From positions 27,867 through 91,866 of the forward strand of contig JAUYQP010000052.1 in the NCBI GenBank assembly GCA_030697205.1: DNA of 64,000 nucleotides, given 5' to 3'. The translations under genes were made by a program, and so were the position numbers. Positions 63,491 through 64,000 of the stretch are shown in pieces. This DNA comes from Mycobacteriales bacterium (lineage in GTDB: Bacteria; Actinomycetota; Actinomycetes; Mycobacteriales; SCTD01). Within the stretch, counting starts at the first letter, position 1; each line of letters begins with the position of its first letter. The notes beneath the pieces are model-generated. The model did not search any database and had not been told where the DNA came from. It worked only from the letters and a program-made list of their open reading frames with translations.

Positions 63491-64000
63491 GTGACCGAGC
63501 TCGACACCGGCCTGGACGACGCGCTGCGCGTGGACGACCTGCCGGACCCCGCGGGGAGCCAGTCCGGGACCGGCGAGTCACCCGAGTCGCTCGAATCGGT
63601 GTGGAACCGGGCGCTGGCCGGGCTCGCCGACGGAGCGCTGTCACCGTCGCACCGCGCCTGGCTCGACCAGAGCCGCCCGGTGGGTCTGGTGGGTGACACC
63701 GTGCTCGTCGCCACACCCAACGACTTCGTCAAGGACGTCCTCGAGACCCGGCTGCGCCCCCTGCTCGTCGGGGCCCTGTCGGCCGCGCTCGGACGCGACG
63801 TGCGCCTCGACGTGCTCGTCCAGCCGCTCGACGAGACCGGCACCACCCATGTGCACGAGGGCGCCGGCGAGCGCGGTGACGCGGAGGGCGACCGGGCCCA
63901 CGCTCGTGAGGCGCAGCGCGCCGAGACCGAGCGGGTGCTCGACGAGACGGCCCGCGAGCAGGGAGCCCGGCCGAGCTTCGCGGCCACGGAAGCGTCGTAC
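63491..64000 (+). CDS. dnaA: Chromosomal replication initiator DnaA, N-terminal 170 codons (continues beyond window)
   Basis: Own translation from GTG 63491, with GAGGA 7-8 nt upstream. VTELDTGL..LESVWNRALAGLADGALSPSHRAWLDQSRPVGLVGDTVLVATPNDFVKDVLETRLRPLL.. matches DnaA domain I. The frame is open to 64000. It is divergent from rpmH. Confidence 0.9.
   Translation, partial: MTELDTGLDDALRVDDLPDPAGSQSGTGESPESLESVWNRALAGLADGALSPSHRAWLDQSRPVGLVGDTVLVATPNDFVKDVLETRLRPLLVGALSAALGRDVRLDVLVQPLDETGTTHVHEGAGERGDAEGDRAHAREAQRAETERVLDETAREQGARPSFAATEASY

Noticed and set aside
1-64000. Search for IS elements, transposases, integrases, phage genes, toxin-antitoxin pairs, CRISPR-Cas, tRNA and rRNA genes
   Set aside because: I recognised none in any frame or intergenic region. 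The only mobile-type features supported are the DnaB intein and the hairpin repeat family.

Overview
Very GC-rich actinobacterial chromosome segment next to the replication origin. The right edge carries rpmH-rnpA-yidD-yidC-jag-rsmG-parA-parB on the minus strand, a DnaA-box spacer, and the 5' end of dnaA from 63491 on the plus strand. The left edge carries rpsF-ssb-rpsR-rplI and the 5' part of dnaB on the minus strand. Between them lies the conserved ori-proximal backbone known from Streptomyces-type actinobacteria: a class A PBP, PadR-ino1, cca, NUDIX, an Rv3909-like protein, murJ, a MviN-type pseudokinase, sigM/anti-sigM, trxB-trxA and cwlM. Many adjacent genes are coupled by 4-nt GTGA/ATGA start-stop overlaps. 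Accessory blocks are inserted into this backbone. They include four S8 proteases (three in a tandem array), an ECF sigma/anti-sigma/degenerate-cupredoxin operon, nfo, an Amidase_2 protein, two Rv0051-like GT-C membrane proteins and an orphan OmpR-type regulator. Also inserted are a small-ORF/GGDEF-EAL/DUF5317 operon, DUF4394, an LVIVD-like propeller, and a five-to-six-gene cluster between cwlM and parB. I saw no rRNA, tRNA, CRISPR, IS or prophage genes. The main hunt results are as follows. (1) A four-copy family of a conserved ~58-nt hairpin core has poly-C and poly-G flanks, and two copies bracket an AbiEi_4/DUF559-like gene. (2) dnaB carries a Walker-A intein that starts with Ala, a class 3-type candidate. 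(3) Three identical DnaA-box-like 9-mers lie upstream of dnaB. (4) A ydaO (c-di-AMP) riboswitch precedes an NlpC/P60 gene inserted between murJ and its pseudokinase partner. (5) A nested inverted-repeat array lies upstream of sigM. (6) Two small membrane-peptide ORFs are missing from the ORF track. (7) A tandem pair of uncharacterised paralogous membrane proteins is present. Most long ORFs in the track are antisense or out-of-frame GC artefacts and were not annotated. Internal start sites were derived by residue counting from track coordinates. All homology statements come from motif recognition by eye, not database searches.
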